DNA of 39,951 nucleotides, taken from Atractiella rhizophila. Taxonomy: Eukaryota. Below the pieces are notes generated by a model. It was not told where the DNA came from and searched no databases. It saw only the letters and a program-made list of their open reading frames with translations. The stretch is from contig MU271197.1 of NCBI GenBank assembly GCA_021432655.1, positions 1 through 39,951 on the forward strand, in the 5' to 3' direction. This document shows, piece after piece, positions 36,389 through 39,951 of the stretch (positions are counted from its first letter, which is position 1; each line of letters starts with the position of its first letter). Made by a program: the position numbers and the translations under genes.

Positions 36389-37121
36389 TCAGTAAACGGA
36401 GTACTCGCTCCCTGTACCGTCTTCTTCTTCTGTCGCCGGTAGTGGAAGGTTGCATGGTTCAACGGAGTCGGAGCTGGAGAAAGAGGCTTTGGAATCGAGA
36501 GCGGGAGTGGGTATGTCGAAGTTAGACCATTTGAGAAGATCGCTCAACGAGTCTTCAATTTCCGACATTCGTACGGAAGTGTTATCCACTATTTAGAACA
36601 TGCATCAGAATAGACGAGCTAGCAATGATGTAACGCACTCGTATCCTTTAGAGACATAGTCATATCATCCAAAGTCTTTTCCAAATTGGAAAGTAGACTA
36701 TCAGCCTATCCCCGATAAGTTAGTTTAATGTGACGTGACAACAACTCAGACAAACCCATTTATTGAGCTCTCCCATGTCCCTCTCCCTCTCCTCATTAGC
36801 TGGTGCACAAATCTCCAATATCTCCTCCGTCCCATCCTCCCTCTTCATCCTCACGCTTCCATCGCTCTTCCTCAAGCTCCCGTACTTATTCTTCACAAAT
36901 TTCGAGTTCCTAGGGGTCGAAGGTGTTCCCACCCCGACTCCGACTCCCGCAACAGGCACAGCGCTGGGAGGTGCAGGTGTGAATTTGGCGATCAGTTTGG
37001 AAACTGTTGGGAAAGAGATCTTGGACTTGGCCATTTCGGCAGCGTATGGAGAGGAAGAAGTGAGCACAGCTCGCGGCCTGGGTCTAGGTGTCTGAAAAGC
37101 TGTGGTAGTCGAAGCCAACAT
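36389..37121 (-). CDS. Hypothetical protein with HSBP1-like coiled-coil segment
   Basis: Three exons splice to ELNKWADSLLSNLEKTLDDMTMSLKDTMDNTSVRMSEIEDSLSDLL, whose hydrophobic periodicity resembles heat shock factor binding protein 1. The N-terminus is long and disordered. Confidence 0.55.
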
Positions 37122-37280
37122 TGCAACGGGAACGAAAATTCGACTCTGGGAAGAAGGAAGGCAATGTGGGAACGGAACCGAAAGAACAATGCATTTGGCT
37201 TCTTTGGCTTCTTGCAAACCTTAAATTGGTGCAAGTAGTGCCAAATATCAACAACTGAGCACACTTACCACGAAACAAAA

Positions 37281-37806
37281 ATGTCCTGCAACAGAATTCG
37301 TGAAGGTGCGACTCTATCTCCTCCCGCTAGCCTGTTCTCATGAAAGTGCAGACCTTGGAAACTGTCTCTTACGCTCAAATTGTGTGCTTCGCGACGGAAA
37401 CACACCTCAAGACTGCATACGAAACCACATGGACGAGCTGCCAGAGGAGTGCAAACTCTTACGGCAGGCCTTGTACGATTGCAAAAGAGGAATGGTACGT
37501 AGCAACTTCAACAAAACCACATGGACGAGCTGCCAGAGGAGTGCAAACTCTTACGGCAGGCCTTGTACGATTGCAAAAGAGGAATGGTACGTAGCAACTT
37601 CAACTTGTACTTTTGTCGCACTGAGCCTCCACCAGCTCGACATGCGAAAACGTTTCCGAGGTTCGTCCGATCCACTCATTTGTTTTTTGAAGTCATGCTC
37701 AAATAAAGGAACAGGGAACGATCCTGGTCAATATAAGCAGGATATAGAGAAACAGATTCAGAGGAATACGATTGAACAGCCGTCCAGCGCTGCTCCGACA
37801 GGTTGA
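37281..37806 (+). CDS. PET191: Cytochrome c oxidase assembly factor Pet191/COA5 (twin CX9C)
   Basis: MSCNRIREDLGNCLLRSNCV...TPQDCI...LPEECKLLRQALYDCKRGMLDMRKRFRGN, from exons 37281-37305, 37352-37494, 37636-37660 and 37715-37806. Confidence 0.93.
37422..37604. repeat. Perfect 91-bp tandem duplication (period 92) in PET191
   Basis: 37422-37512 is identical to 37514-37604, separated by one A at 37513. Confidence 0.95.
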
Positions 37807-38005
37807 AGCGGTGGTGTAAATCTCGTCTGCGCAGTGCTTTCCTTTGCTTGTAATTTATACCCTCTTTCCACTCATCTAACAAACAAAAGGCGTCGTGGAT
37901 TAGATTGGGGATTGACAACGAAATGCGTGCAAACAACGTGGGTATGAACAAATTGTGACTGTCAAATACTGCTACAACAACTCCTCGTTTCCCCAGTCCC
38001 ACACA

Positions 38006-39067
38006 TCATCCTATGGGGACAGGATCAGGAGGCAACCCTAGGTTTTCGATTGCTAGTGCCTGAGCTTCATTTTGAGCATCTCTCTCTGCGAGTCGATCAG
38101 GTCCATCAAAGATCTGTATACTGTTCCAGCGAAGGCACACAACGCGTTAGCCTGTAACTATTCATCGAGGAGGCGGGAAAAGAGACGAACAATATGCGTG
38201 GTGTCTCTAACCAATTCCTCCCTCCACTCCCTCGCTCCCTCTTCCATATCTCAGTCCAGAAATACCACCAGTGTCCTACTACAATTCCCATGAAATCTCC
38301 AGCTACGTTTCCCCATCCAGAATTGGGAGAAACCATCCATGTGAACGCAATGAGAGCGTAGGGAAGGTTGGGGGCTGTGATATTAAAGAGTCCAAAAAGC
38401 GACAAGCGGACGGAGGGGTTTAGTCGAGACCAGAGATATACGAGGGTGAAGGAAAGGGGAGAAGAGAGGAAGGGAGTAGGTGAGAGTGGTGAGAGGAGCT
38501 GCGCTGAAGTCAGGAGGTAGACTGTGTAATGGAAATGACGAACGAGAAGAAGGGAAGAGGAGATGACGAGTAGCCACACGTAGTCACCGCGGCGACCGCC
38601 GAAGGAATTTTCTTCCAACATTCGCGAATACCGCATGCTGCGACCAGACAGTGTCAGCAGGTTGAACTCAACACAAGATTTGAACGCCTCACAAAAAGAA
38701 AAGGTGAAAGACGAAATCAAGACTCGGCGGTCCCCAGTATAGGAAACTTGTGACGAGTCTCCATAACTAATATACCAGGCTTTATCCACCATTTCTGCAG
38801 AGATTTGAAGAAGAGCGCACCTGCAAGTTCTCAAACGTGGCTCGATACGTAAAATAGAGCTGGTACGGTGTAACCAGATTACATTGCTTCGCATCTTTCA
38901 GTAAACCTTCCCCCATCATCTCCAAAGGCGAAGCAACCTACGATGGCGAGAGAAATTCCGACTGCAGCTCTAAAATGACAGATGGTGTGTCAGCGACGTG
39001 TGCCAGCCGAAGTGCAGGAACCTCACATTAGATATGCACGCGTCACAGGTGGCGTTCCTAAATCCAT
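38006..39067 (-). CDS. DER1: Derlin (Der1/Derlin-2-like) ERAD membrane protein
   Basis: MDLGTPPVTRAY, MRYSRMLEENSF..RRGDYVWLL, LVYLWSRLNPSVRLSLFG, APNLPYAL, DFMGIVVGHWWYF and LETP. Stop TGA at 38006-38008. Confidence 0.9.
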
Positions 39068-39951
39068 TATCGCCTCCTTCCAGCTTCTGCGCGTGTCTGT
39101 GTACTGATCCCTTCTCTATATATCTCGCCTGGATATCTCTTTCTACTTCACCTGTGTTGTGGTAGTTTGGGAGTACACACTACATCCCGCAGGGCGCAGC
39201 AAAACGACAAAAGCAACAATTTGTGCTGCTCACTTGCATTCCTTCGGCAAAGATGGGACAAGGAGAATCTCGTGAATCTTTTTCTACGCCAGGCAGCGGG
39301 CTTGCATTCCACGTGTTGCGTGTGGCAGAAAATGTATGTCCAACCAATCCTTGTGCACCTCTGCTGAGCACAACACGTAGTCCCCCGCTGCAGAAGCTGG
39401 CCTCGATCCTTTTTTTGACTTCCTATGTGGTGTGAACGGTAGACCTCTAGTAAGTTGTTCTAGTTGTTGTCAAACGGGAGAGGTTAAAGGACGAAAAGGG
39501 GAGTGATGTGGATGCTCTCACCTCCGTCTTGGAGGCATCAGAGAACGTACCTTTAATACTCCAAGTATGGTCAACGAAACGACAAGAGATGCGTGGTGCG
39601 TCTCCACCTCTCTTCTTGCACCCTCAGAGCTAAAGGCAAGGCAGACGTGCGCGTGATCCCTTCACGCTCCTGGTCAGCAGGCTCGACTTCGCACACTCCC
39701 TCCAACTCGCACTCACACCATCACCACGACCACTCCTCACACTCCCACTCCCACGCACACACTTCCTCCCTCACCTCTGAACCCGAGCTCCCCTCCCTTC
39801 TCGGCCTTTCCCTCCGCCTCTGCCACCCCCAACACGCGCTCGAGAACGTCTGGCACGTCCTAGAGATCCTGGAAGGTTCACCGGCGGAGAGCGCAGGGCT
39901 CGTACCTTTTGGTGACTGGATTCTAGGATATGCCGGAGGAGTGTTACGGAC

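Noticed and set aside
39100..39951. Small ORFs, a C/A/T-rich tract (about 39690-39830) and ATG at 39930
   Set aside because: Looks like the promoter or 5' UTR of a gene beyond the window edge. No coding or ncRNA feature can be supported.

Overview
Gene-dense, intron-rich fungal genomic DNA with introns mostly about 45-75 nt. Protein families and intron style suggest a basidiomycete (inference). I read about 19 spliced protein-coding genes: PLC1 (5'-truncated), a roughly 2,000-aa kinesin-7/CENP-E-like motor, two tandem hemerythrin-like genes, PSO2/SNM1, BIR1, MIC10, two hypothetical proteins, a secreted alpha/beta hydrolase, SUR2, a CRIB-motif protein, a GGCT/C-S lyase fusion, PDX3, PRP18, COX12 (11 tiny exons), an HSBP1-like protein, PET191 and a Derlin. 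The stand-out is 27871-31933 (-). Manual splicing gives one uninterrupted reading frame joining an AIG2/GGACT-type gamma-glutamylcyclotransferase domain to two complete Egt2-like PLP C-S lyase domains, with no stop between them. It lies directly downstream of the PLP-forming oxidase PDX3. Two tandem duplications joined by a single extra base, and single-base frameshifts in BIR1 and PRP18, suggest assembly or consensus errors. No tRNA, rRNA, CRISPR array or transposon was recognised. All exon models are by eye; no database searches were run.
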